This document shows, in pieces, positions 38,099-46,832 of a stretch of DNA of 62,740 nucleotides; within the stretch, counting starts at the first letter, position 1, and every line of letters starts with the position of its first letter. The notes under the pieces are model-generated. The model worked only from the letters and a program-made list of their open reading frames with translations, had not been told where the DNA came from and did no database searches. Position numbers and translations under genes: made by a program. The DNA is from Vicinamibacteraceae bacterium (GTDB taxonomy: Bacteria; Acidobacteriota; Vicinamibacteria; Vicinamibacterales; UBA8438). The stretch is taken from assembly GCA_012271165.1 (NCBI GenBank), contig JAAXGX010000142.1, positions 33,398-96,137 on the forward strand, written 5' to 3'.

Positions 38099-39436
38099 CT
38101 ACGGCGCCGCCAGCGACGCGGCGATGATCTCTTCGTCGTTGCGGGCGTAGATGCGGCGGTTGGCGTAGGCAGGGTGCGACCAGTTGACGGTCTCGAGCTC
38201 GCGCCGGTTGCCGGGCTCGGAGGTCGGCGCGATCAGGTGCGTGCGGCTGATCTCCTCGTAGCCCGCCGGCGTCATGCGCGCGATGATCAGGTCGCCGCGG
38301 TCGTTGTTGATGAAGAAGCGGTCTTCGTGGCGCACGATGAAGGCGCTGGCCCACCGGGCGCGCTCGACGGTCACCGCCTGCGTCTCCCAGATGCGTTCGC
38401 CGGTCGCGGCGTCGAGGCAGCGCAACTGGCCATAGCTGCCCACGCCGTAGATGTAGCCGTCGATGATGACCGGCGTCGCGAGCACGGAATGCAGCCCCTG
38501 GGTCAGGATCTCGCTGTTGCTGTCGCCCCGCCAGCGCACCGCGGCGTCCGGCCGGTCGGCGTCCAGGGTCATCATCAGCGGGCCGTTGTAGAAGGTCGTC
38601 ACGAACAGCTCGCGGCCGTACTGCACGGGGACGGCGACGGTCATGTCGAAGTCGACCCGGAACGGCTGCTCCCAGAACACCTCGCCGGTCTCCGGGTCCA
38701 GCGAGGAGAGCGCGACGGGGTGCCAGACGATGAGCTGCCGGACACCGCTCGCCTCGATGATGACCGGCTGACCCACGCCCGGACTGGATTCCTCGGAGGA
38801 GAGCGCCCGCCAGATCTCCTCGCCCGTCCGCTTGTCGAAGGCCACGACCTTGGCGTCCGGCACGCCCCCGGCCAGCACGATCAGGCGCTCGCCGTCCACC
38901 AGCGGAGAGCTGCTGAAGCCGAAGATCGGCATGTCGGCGCCGTATTCCTCGCGGTAGTGCCGGGACCAGAGCGGCTCGCCCGTCTCGACGTCGAGCGCCA
39001 CCAGCGTGCCCGCCGCGCCCTGCACGTACACCCGGTCGCCGTCCACGGTCGGCGTGGCGCGCGGCCCCTCGTCCCACGAGATGCCGGCGTAGTTCGCTTC
39101 CCACTCGTGCGTCCACAGAATCTCGCCGGTCCGCTCGTCGAGGCAGACGGCGCGCTCGATGCCAGCCAGCGCACTCGTCCGCGCGAAGTCGCTGACGAAC
39201 ACGCGGCCGTCCGCCACCGCGGGTCCCGAGTAGCCGCGATTGATCGGCGTGCGCCACACGACGTTCAACCCGTCGTCCGGGAACCGGTCCAGGATGCCGG
39301 TCTCGCGCCAGACGCCGAGCCGGCCCTTGCCGCGGAACTCCGGCCAGTCCTCGGCCTGCGCGCCCGGCGCGGCGATCAGCAGGCAGGCGACGAGAAGGAC
39401 GCGGGCGCGCCAGGCGCATCGAGTGACCAGCGGCAT
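38099..39436 (-). CDS. Secreted PQQ-like beta-propeller repeat protein (BamB-like fold)
   Basis: Signal peptide (VLLVACLLIAAPGAQA), DWPEFRG start and repeated ...G.V(Y/F)V......L.ALD..TGE..W motifs typical of PQQ-like propellers. Only the last 445 codons of the 856-aa track ORF. Confidence 0.8.
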   Translation of the reverse strand: MPLVTRCAWRARVLLVACLLIAAPGAQAEDWPEFRGKGRLGVWRETGILDRFPDDGLNVVWRTPINRGYSGPAVADGRVFVSDFARTSALAGIERAVCLDERTGEILWTHEWEANYAGISWDEGPRATPTVDGDRVYVQGAAGTLVALDVETGEPLWSRHYREEYGADMPIFGFSSSPLVDGERLIVLAGGVPDAKVVAFDKRTGEEIWRALSSEESSPGVGQPVIIEASGVRQLIVWHPVALSSLDPETGEVFWEQPFRVDFDMTVAVPVQYGRELFVTTFYNGPLMMTLDADRPDAAVRWRGDSNSEILTQGLHSVLATPVIIDGYIYGVGSYGQLRCLDAATGERIWETQAVTVERARWASAFIVRHEDRFFINNDRGDLIIARMTPAGYEEISRTHLIAPTSEPGNRRELETVNWSHPAYANRRIYARNDEEIIAASLAAP

Positions 39437-39547
39437 GACACCCAGTCTACCCGCACGGCGCCCTGGCACATGGGGTTTCCCCTTGGGGGATACAATGCGA
39501 CCCGACTCGCGCGCTCGCCTAGCGTGTGCTTTGCCGGGAGGGTACCG

Positions 39548-40558
39548 ATGGGACGTCGACTCGCCGCGTTCGTTGTGCTGGCGGGGCTGCTCGCCGCCGC
39601 GCCGCCGCCGCTGGAGGTGCACGCCGCCCAGGGTCCATCCTCGGGGCCGCTGCCGCGGACCCCCTGGGGCGACCCGGACCTGCAGGGCGTCTGGAACAAC
39701 AACACCGTGGTGCCGCTGCAGCGTCCCGCCGACCTGGCCGGCAGGGAAGCGCTGACCGCCGAGGAGGTGGCCGAGCGGTTCCAGCGCACGTCGTCGGGCC
39801 TGTTCCCGCAGGACCATTCCGATAGCGCGCCGCCGCGCGGCGGCGCCAGCTACAACGAATTCTGGTTCGAATGGGGCGAGGATACGAACCGCACCTCGCT
39901 GATCGTGGATCCGCCGGACGGCCGGCTGCCGCCGCTCACGGCGGAAGCCGCGGCGCGCCTCGCCGAGAACCCGTTCCCGTACGGCGGGCGCAGCGGTCTC
40001 GATTCGTGGGAGGGCCTCTCGCTGTTCGAGCGCTGCATCACGCGCGGGATGCCGGGCGGGATGCTGCCGGGCTTCTACAACCACAACCACCACATCCTGC
40101 AAACGCCCGGGCTCGTCGTCATCGTCCATGAGATGCTCCACGACGCCCGCGTCATTCCGCTCGACGATGGGGCCGATGCGCGCCGCCGCGTGCCGCAGTG
40201 GCTGGGCACGCCGCGCGGGCGCTGGGAGGGGGACACGCTCGTGGTCGAAACCACCGGCTTCAACGCGCGGGCGAACCAGCGCGGACCGGGCGGCGGCTCC
40301 GGCGCGGCGATGATCTTCACCGACTTCTCCGGCAGCCGGGGGGCGCGCCTGGTGGAGCGCTTCAGGCGCGTGGCCGACGACGTCATCGACTACCGGTTCA
40401 CGCTCGACGATCCCGCGGAGTTCGAGCATCCGTTCACCGTCGCGATCCCGATGCGCAAGACGGACGGCGTGCTGTTCGAGTACGCCTGCCACGAAGGCAA
40501 CTACGGGCTCGTGAACGCCCTGCGCTCGGCGCGCTACGCGGAGCGGGCCGAGCGGTGA
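39548..40558 (+). CDS. Secreted hypothetical protein
   Basis: Signal peptide (AAFVVLAGLLAAAPPPLEVHAA), globular non-repetitive sequence ending ...EYACHEGNYGLVNALRSARYAE. No family recognised. Confidence 0.65.
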   Translation: MGRRLAAFVVLAGLLAAAPPPLEVHAAQGPSSGPLPRTPWGDPDLQGVWNNNTVVPLQRPADLAGREALTAEEVAERFQRTSSGLFPQDHSDSAPPRGGASYNEFWFEWGEDTNRTSLIVDPPDGRLPPLTAEAAARLAENPFPYGGRSGLDSWEGLSLFERCITRGMPGGMLPGFYNHNHHILQTPGLVVIVHEMLHDARVIPLDDGADARRRVPQWLGTPRGRWEGDTLVVETTGFNARANQRGPGGGSGAAMIFTDFSGSRGARLVERFRRVADDVIDYRFTLDDPAEFEHPFTVAIPMRKTDGVLFEYACHEGNYGLVNALRSARYAERAER

Positions 40559-40629
40559 CCGCGGGCGCCGGTATCCAGTGCAGCAGCGAGGCCCGCGGCG
40601 GCGGCGCACGCGGCGCGCAACGCCAGGAG

Positions 40630-41238
40630 ATGCGGGCAACCGGAGACCGATCGCGCGAGAACGGTTCAAGGCGCACGCTGATCCTGGAAGCCGCGCTCGA
40701 AGTCCTCCGCCGGGACGGGCCGGCGAAGGCGTCGATGACGGAGATTGCGCGCCGGGCCGGTCTCTCGCGGCAGGGCCTGTACCTTCATTTCAGCAGCAAG
40801 GACGAGCTGACGTATCAGGCCGCGCGCCACGCGTTCGAGGTCGCACACGCCGATGCTCGAGCGGCGCTGGAGAGCGGGTGGCCGGTCTTGGACCGTCTGG
40901 CCGGCGCGCTGGCGGCGAAGCATGCTCCTCGGCACGGCGGGACCGCCAGCCGCGCCGCCCGCTTCTGGCAGGGCTACGAGGCCCCGGTGATCGACCGCAT
41001 CATTGAAATGAGCGACGGCTTCGACAAGTCGTTCATCGAGCTGCTGGCGGGCGCGCTGGAGTCGGACGGCGGCCCCTCGCGGACGGAAGACACGAGCGGC
41101 GCCTCGTTGGTTGCGCTGGCCACGGTGCTCGATGCGACAGCCAGGGGGCTGGCGCTGGCGGCACACCGCATCTCGAGGAAGGACCATGTCGAGCTGGTCC
41201 GGCTCGCGGTAGCGCGGCTGTGCGCGCCGTGCCGGTGA
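40630..41238 (+). CDS. TetR/AcrR-family transcriptional regulator
   Basis: N-terminal HTH ILEAALEVLRRDGPAKASMTEIARRAGLSRQGLYLHFSSKDEL. Confidence 0.88.
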   Translation: MRATGDRSRENGSRRTLILEAALEVLRRDGPAKASMTEIARRAGLSRQGLYLHFSSKDELTYQAARHAFEVAHADARAALESGWPVLDRLAGALAAKHAPRHGGTASRAARFWQGYEAPVIDRIIEMSDGFDKSFIELLAGALESDGGPSRTEDTSGASLVALATVLDATARGLALAAHRISRKDHVELVRLAVARLCAPCR

Positions 41239-41317
41239 TGAGTTCGCGCGCGCTCGAGCCCTCGACCGCGCGCGGCGGGCTGGCGCGTCGCCGGCCGGCC
41301 GCACCGCAAGCCGGTGC

Positions 41318-42970
41318 TCAGCGCCCCTGCAGCTCCCGGCGCCGCGCCTGTTCGTCGATCGCGCTTTCCAGGGTGACGGCGCCTACCGAGACCGCACCCA
41401 GGCCGCGCAAGGCGGCCGCGGAGGCGGGTTGGCTCCCGATGAACTGGGCGAGGTGCTGTCCTTCGGCGACGCCCAGCGGCGACTGGCCGTTCTTCGCCAC
41501 GTGGTTTAGGTCTGCCCCCGCGTCGGCGAGGTACTGGATGACGGTCACCAACCCCGCGTAGGCCGCGCAGTGCACGGCGTTGAACCCACGCCGATCGGTC
41601 GTGTTGACGTCGTTGCCCAGCGCGTGGGCCAACTTCACCGCGGCCAGCCGATCCGGCTCGGGGACGAGGCTCTCGTTGATCACCCAGCCAGCGCCGGCCG
41701 CCATCATCAGCGGCGTCATGCCGCCGTCCGCCGCCACGTGCGGGTCGGCGCCGTGATCGACGAGCATCCGCATCGTCCCGGCGTCGCCCGCCGCGGCCGC
41801 CAGGAGAAAGGGCGTGGAGCCGACCATGGTGTTCGCCGGGAGGATGAGGAAGTAGAGCGAGAAGCCGTAGCGCGGCATGACCTTGGCAAGTTGCGCGTTG
41901 ACGTCCGCGCCCTGGTCGAGGAGCGCCTCGATCAGCGCCAACTGCTGGCGCCGGTCGGGAATGCCGGCCAGCGCCGCCCATTCGCCGGGTGCGGCGGGAT
42001 AGTCGTGGGAGGTCAGCGCTTCGGATCGGTTCACGGCCCAGTGCAGGGGCGTGTAACCCGCTCTCTCCGCCGCGCCGTCCGGCGCCGCGCCGCGTTCCAG
42101 CAGCAGGAGGGCCAGCGGCACGTGTCCGCGGACCGTGGCCACCAGCAGCGGCGTGCTGCCGTCGGCGGCCACGTCGTCGATCGCGGCGCCGTGTTCCAGC
42201 AGCAGCCGGGCCATGGCCAGGTCGCCGCGGCGCGCGGAGAACATGAGCGGGGTGAATCCCCCGGCGCCGCGCGCCACGGCCACACGGACGGTACTGTCCT
42301 CGATGGCGGCTGCCCCGGTAGCGGCATCTCGTGTGTCGCGCGCGGGGGCTGGTTCGGGCGGCGACTGCGGTTCACGCTGGCCGCTCCACCGATCCATCTG
42401 GACCACGGTGCGCGTGCGTGCATGCACGTCCGCGCCGCGCTCCAGCAGCAGGCGCGCCGCCTCGAGGCGGTTCTCGGCCACGGCCCACATCAGCGCCGTC
42501 TGTCCCCGGGAGGTCTGCGCGGCCTCGATGTCGGCGCCCGCGTCCAGCAGCGCCGCGATCGCCGCGGGCGTCCCGGTGCGCGCGGCGGCCATCAGCACGG
42601 TTTCGCCGGACTCCAGGGCGGCGTTCGGGTCGGCGCCGGCGTCGAGCAGCGCCGCGACGACGGCGGCATTGCCGTTGGTTGCCGCCAGCCAGACCGGTGT
42701 GGCGCCGTAATCGTTGGCTGCGCGGGCGTCGGCCCCGGCCGCGAGCAGCCGCTGTACCGTCGCCAGGTCGTCGTTGTGGACGGCCCAGTGGAGCGCGGTC
42801 GCGCCGTCGGGCTGCCGCGCATTGACATCCGCGCCCTGCGCCAGTAGTTTCGCGACGGCAGCATGGTCACGGCCGCGGACGGCCTCGAGCAGATCCGCCG
42901 CTTCGGCGGCGGTACCTGCGGTGACGACCAGCGCCGCAGTGGCGGCCCCCAACCGCACGGCGATCCGCAT
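41318..42970 (-). CDS. Secreted ankyrin-repeat protein
   Basis: Signal peptide MRIAVRLGAATAALVVTAGTAAEA, then more than 10 repeats of the pattern G.TALHWAV...(L/A)..LL..GAD.NA. The ORF extends to 43018, so the start is uncertain (42970, 42994 or 43018). Confidence 0.85.
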   Translation of the reverse strand: MRIAVRLGAATAALVVTAGTAAEAADLLEAVRGRDHAAVAKLLAQGADVNARQPDGATALHWAVHNDDLATVQRLLAAGADARAANDYGATPVWLAATNGNAAVVAALLDAGADPNAALESGETVLMAAARTGTPAAIAALLDAGADIEAAQTSRGQTALMWAVAENRLEAARLLLERGADVHARTRTVVQMDRWSGQREPQSPPEPAPARDTRDAATGAAAIEDSTVRVAVARGAGGFTPLMFSARRGDLAMARLLLEHGAAIDDVAADGSTPLLVATVRGHVPLALLLLERGAAPDGAAERAGYTPLHWAVNRSEALTSHDYPAAPGEWAALAGIPDRRQQLALIEALLDQGADVNAQLAKVMPRYGFSLYFLILPANTMVGSTPFLLAAAAGDAGTMRMLVDHGADPHVAADGGMTPLMMAAGAGWVINESLVPEPDRLAAVKLAHALGNDVNTTDRRGFNAVHCAAYAGLVTVIQYLADAGADLNHVAKNGQSPLGVAEGQHLAQFIGSQPASAAALRGLGAVSVGAVTLESAIDEQARRRELQGR

Positions 42971-43010
42971 GCAAGTCGTCTGATGCTGGCGCATTGCGAT
43001 TCCTCCTGCT

Positions 43011-44357
43011 TCACACACCGGTGACGAGCCGCAGCTCGCCCGTGCTGTCGCCGAAGTGCTCCACGTCGACGCCCAGCTTGTCGAGCAGCGTCAACTGCAG
43101 GTTGGCCAGCGGCGTCCCCTCCGGCGCGTGCAGGTGCCGGTTGCCCTTGATCCCGTACTGCGATCCATGCACCAGCAGGGTCGGCACGTTCGTGGCCACG
43201 TGCAGGTGCGAGTCGCTCATCCCCGACCCGTAGAGCAGCAGCGTGGAGTCGAGCAGCGTGCCGTCGCCGTCGGACGTCGCCGCCAGTTTCCCGACGAACT
43301 GCTGCAGCAGTTGCATCTGGTAGGCGTTGAGCCGCGCCTGCTTGGCCAATTGCTCGGGCGCGTTGGAGTGATGCGAGAGCGAATGGTGCGCCTCGCGGAT
43401 GTCGATCTCGGGATAGGTGCGAACCGACGCTTCACGCCCCATGAGGAACGTGAACACGCGCGTCAGGTCGGTCTGGAACGCCAGCGTCTGCAGGTCGAAC
43501 ATCAGTTCGACGTGCTTGCCGTACGTGTCGGGGATGCCGATGGGGCGGTCGACGACCGGCAGCTCCCGGTCGACCTGCTGCTCGGCCATCGTGACGCGCC
43601 GCTCGACGTCGCGCACGGCGTCCAGGTACTCGGTCAGCTTGGCCCGGTCGCCGGCGCCCAGGCTCGCGCGCACCGCCGACACCGAACCGGTCACCGAGTC
43701 GAGCACGCTGCGGTCGGTCCGGATGTCCCGCAGCCGGACTTCCCGCTCGGTGCTGTCGCTCGCGCCGAACAGCCGCTCGAATACGTTGCGCGGGTTGTTC
43801 TCCATCGGTAGCGGGGTGGTCGGCGTGCGCCAGACGATCGTGTTGTTGTAGGCGCAGCTATAGCCGAGGGCGCAGGCGCCGGCCAGGTGGGTCGGCTCGA
43901 TCGCCAGCTCGAGCGAGGCGAGCTGCGTCTCGGTCTCCCACCGGCGCGCGATGATCTGGTCGAGCGACGTGCCGGCGCGCAGGTCGCCGCCCTCCGAGCG
44001 GTTGGCGCGGCAGCCGGTCATCCAGAAGGTCTGAACGCGCGGATGCGCCCCGCCGTCGAGCCCTTCGCCGCGCTCGTTGTGGCACCCGCTGACGACGAGC
44101 AGGCGGTCCTTGAGCGGTGCCATCGACGCCAGGATGGGATTGAGCTCCAGCGCCCTGGCCGGCTGATGCCAGACCGGCATGTTCATGCCCATGCCGACGT
44201 AGACCGCCCCGAACCGCCGCACCGGGGCGGCGGCCGAGGCGCGTGCGGCGGACAGTGCCGGGACCATGCTGTCCAGCAGCGGAAGCGCGACAGCGGCGCC
44301 GAGGCCGCGCAGGACGGTGCGCCGGGGCAGATGCCTTCCCGTGTTGATGTTGCTCAT
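43011..44357 (-). CDS. DUF1552-family protein with Tat signal
   Basis: RRTVLRGLGAAVALPLL twin-arginine signal; HHSLSHH and LLLYGSGMSDSHLH motifs recalled from DUF1552 proteins. ATGA overlap with the upstream gene. Confidence 0.75.
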   Translation of the reverse strand: MSNINTGRHLPRRTVLRGLGAAVALPLLDSMVPALSAARASAAAPVRRFGAVYVGMGMNMPVWHQPARALELNPILASMAPLKDRLLVVSGCHNERGEGLDGGAHPRVQTFWMTGCRANRSEGGDLRAGTSLDQIIARRWETETQLASLELAIEPTHLAGACALGYSCAYNNTIVWRTPTTPLPMENNPRNVFERLFGASDSTEREVRLRDIRTDRSVLDSVTGSVSAVRASLGAGDRAKLTEYLDAVRDVERRVTMAEQQVDRELPVVDRPIGIPDTYGKHVELMFDLQTLAFQTDLTRVFTFLMGREASVRTYPEIDIREAHHSLSHHSNAPEQLAKQARLNAYQMQLLQQFVGKLAATSDGDGTLLDSTLLLYGSGMSDSHLHVATNVPTLLVHGSQYGIKGNRHLHAPEGTPLANLQLTLLDKLGVDVEHFGDSTGELRLVTGV

Positions 44358-46735
44358 GATGCGGCCATCCTCATGCGGAACGGAAGCGAACGGGTGACGT
44401 TGCGAATCAGGGCGCGCCAGGTGTCGCCCTCGGCGGCCGTCCGGCGCAGGATCTCCCTCACCGCCGGCATGTCGGCGGGCGACAGGGTGCGGCCGAGCGC
44501 ATAGGTGAGCAGGCGCTCGGCCAGCGTCGCCCGGTAGGCGGCGACCCGGCCCAGTAGCGCGCCGCGGAAGGTGGCCGGCCCGTCGAACGAGGTCCCGTCG
44601 GGCAGCGCACCCGACGCGTCGACCGCCACGCCGCCGTCCTCCGCGCGCCACTTGCCGATCCCATCGAAGTTCTCCAGGGCGAAGCCCAGCGGGTCGATCT
44701 GCGCGTGGCAGGTCGCGCAGACCGGGTTCGCCCGATGCTGCTCCATGCGCTGCCGCAGCGAGCCGTGGACTGCCGTGGCTTCGAGCGGCGGCACCTCGGC
44801 GGGCGGCGCGGGTGGCGGCGTGCCCAGGATGTTCTCCAGGACGAACTTGCCGCGCAGGACGACGGATGTGCGGTCGGGGTACGACGTGACCGTCAGCAGG
44901 CTGCCGTGTCCCAGCAACCCGGCGCGGCCGCTGTCGGCGGTCAGCGGCACGCGGCGGAAGTGGTTGCCGACCACGCCGGGGATGCCGTAGTGGCGGGCGA
45001 GGCGCTGGTTGACGAACGTGTAGTCGGCGGTCAGCAGCTCGGTGAGCGGCCGGTCCGCGCGGAGCTGGTGCTGCAGCAGCAGCCGCGACTCGCGCTCGAA
45101 CGCGGCCCGCAGGTTCTCGTCGAATTCCGGGAACGCCTGCGGGTCCGGCTGCGCGGTCGCCATGTTCCGCAGCAGCAGCCACTGGCCGAAGAAATTGTCG
45201 ATCAGCGCGTCCGACCGCGGATCGTTCAGCATGCGGTCGACCTGGGCGTCGACCGCGGCCGGGTCGTCGAGCTCGCCCGCCGCCGCGGCGTCGATCAGCG
45301 CATCGTCCGGCAGACTGCTCCACAGGAAGAACGACAGCCGGGACGCCAGGTCGAGCCCGCCGAGACGGTACGGCGCGCCGGGCGCGGCGCCGGCCGGGTC
45401 GTGCTCCACGCGAAACAGGAAGGCCGGGTCGGTCAGCACGCGTACCAGGCCCAGCTCGATCCCGTCGTCGAACGCGCCGGCCTGTTCACGCCCCGCGCGG
45501 AAGAAGCCGAGCAGCATGTCGAGCTCGTCCGCCGCCACCGGGCGCCGCCAGGCGCGGCGCGCCACCGTGCGCAGGATCTCGGCCGCGCACGCTTCGTCGC
45601 CGGGACTGCTCGGCCGGCAGGTGAACAGCCGTTCGCGGGACGCCGTGGCGCTCGGCCGCGCGGCGTTGAACGGGCCGGTGATCTCGATGCGGTCGAGGCC
45701 GGAGTCGATGCGGCCGAAGTTGACGTTGGTCTGCGTGCCGGCGCCGTAGCCGTCGCTGGCCGGCGGCAGCACCGACATGCCGACCCCTTCGACGTACCAG
45801 TGGTCGCGGTTGAACGCCACGCCGAGCGTGTGCTCGCCGGCCGTCGTCGTGACCCGCAGCCGCAGTTGCTCGTCCGTGCTGTCGACCGGGTAGCCGCCGC
45901 GCCCGATCTCGCCCACGTCGGGCCGCACGTCGAACCGCTCCAGGCGCCGGCCGTCCAGCCGCAGGTCCAGCAGGTTGCGGGCATCGAGTCCGCGCACCGC
46001 GTAGCCGACGTTGAGCGCGTTGCGCTGCAGGAACAGCCGGATCTCGTATTCACCGTCCACCGGAAAGTGGTGGCGCACCGCGGCGCCGCCGCGGGAGCCG
46101 AACGGCAGGTCCTCGCTCATCCGCACGTTCTGCACCAGCGTGAGGTACGGCAGGCTGTACACGGTGGTCTCAGGCCGGATCGCGGGGTCGCCGAGCGCCA
46201 GACGGCTGATCTTCTTTGCCGCCAGGAGGTAGCGCTCGAGCAGCCCGGGCGACATCGTCAGCACCTCGGCGATGTTGTCGAACCCCTCCAGCGAGTTGTC
46301 GCCCGGCAACAGCGCCTCGCCGTCGATGTCGAGCGCCAGCAGGTCGCGGATGGCGTTCGTGTACTCGGTCCGGTTCAGACGGTGGACCGACGTCCGGCCC
46401 GGGTTCGGCGCCGTTGCGGCATGGGCGTCCAGCGCCCGCTCGAGCTCGGCGATCATCCGCCCGTAGGTGGCGCTGTCGGGACGCGGCGCGCCGGCGGGCG
46501 GCATGACGCCTGCCCGCAGCTTGCGGACGACCTGCTCCCAGACGTCGATGTGCGCGCCGGGCTCGGCGGGATCGAGCGTTTCGAGCACCAGCCCGCCAGT
46601 CTGCAGCCGTGCGTTGTGGCACCGGATGCAGTAGCGTTCGATTTCCTCGGCGACCGACGCGGCCTGCGCCGTTTGGGCTGTGCCGCCGAGGGCCAGCCCG
46701 GCGAGGATGGCCACGCTCCAGAACGGCTTCGCCAT
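44354..46735 (-). CDS. DUF1592/DUF1588/DUF1585-type multidomain protein with N-terminal c-type haem motif
   Basis: Signal peptide, CIRCHN (CxxCH), C-terminal CATCHAQIDPLGFALENFDGIGKWR typical of this family. AGGAGG Shine-Dalgarno 6 nt upstream of the ATG at 46735. Confidence 0.78.
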   Translation of the reverse strand: MAKPFWSVAILAGLALGGTAQTAQAASVAEEIERYCIRCHNARLQTGGLVLETLDPAEPGAHIDVWEQVVRKLRAGVMPPAGAPRPDSATYGRMIAELERALDAHAATAPNPGRTSVHRLNRTEYTNAIRDLLALDIDGEALLPGDNSLEGFDNIAEVLTMSPGLLERYLLAAKKISRLALGDPAIRPETTVYSLPYLTLVQNVRMSEDLPFGSRGGAAVRHHFPVDGEYEIRLFLQRNALNVGYAVRGLDARNLLDLRLDGRRLERFDVRPDVGEIGRGGYPVDSTDEQLRLRVTTTAGEHTLGVAFNRDHWYVEGVGMSVLPPASDGYGAGTQTNVNFGRIDSGLDRIEITGPFNAARPSATASRERLFTCRPSSPGDEACAAEILRTVARRAWRRPVAADELDMLLGFFRAGREQAGAFDDGIELGLVRVLTDPAFLFRVEHDPAGAAPGAPYRLGGLDLASRLSFFLWSSLPDDALIDAAAAGELDDPAAVDAQVDRMLNDPRSDALIDNFFGQWLLLRNMATAQPDPQAFPEFDENLRAAFERESRLLLQHQLRADRPLTELLTADYTFVNQRLARHYGIPGVVGNHFRRVPLTADSGRAGLLGHGSLLTVTSYPDRTSVVLRGKFVLENILGTPPPAPPAEVPPLEATAVHGSLRQRMEQHRANPVCATCHAQIDPLGFALENFDGIGKWRAEDGGVAVDASGALPDGTSFDGPATFRGALLGRVAAYRATLAERLLTYALGRTLSPADMPAVREILRRTAAEGDTWRALIRNVTRSLPFRMRMAAS

Positions 46736-46755
46736 GTAACCTCCTGTGGCTCCAA

Positions 46756-46783
46756 CTTGACAGCAAGGGCATGAGTTGTCAAG
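46756..46783. promoter_or_regulatory. Inverted repeat CTTGACA-N14-TGTCAAG upstream of the DUF1592 operon (contains a perfect TTGACA -35 on the minus strand)
   Basis: Read directly. Located between the Fic stop (46833) and the DUF1592 start (46735). Confidence 0.35.
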
Positions 46784-46832
46784 CGAAAGTGCGGCATCGC
46801 CCGCGCCGCCAGCGGCGCACAGCCGGGCGGTC

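Noticed and set aside
39464-39480. TGGCAC sequence as a sigma-54 -24 element (also TGGCAC near 15528)
   Set aside because: The required GC/TTGC element at the -12 spacing is absent in both cases (TGGCACATGGGGTTTC and TGGCACCAACATATGG).
39437-40669. Upstream extension of the 856-aa minus-strand ORF (and likewise 38174-39547 on the plus strand)
   Set aside because: These are shadow extensions. The real genes start at the signal-peptide Met codons (39436 minus strand, 39548 plus strand), and the extensions are antisense to each other's coding regions.
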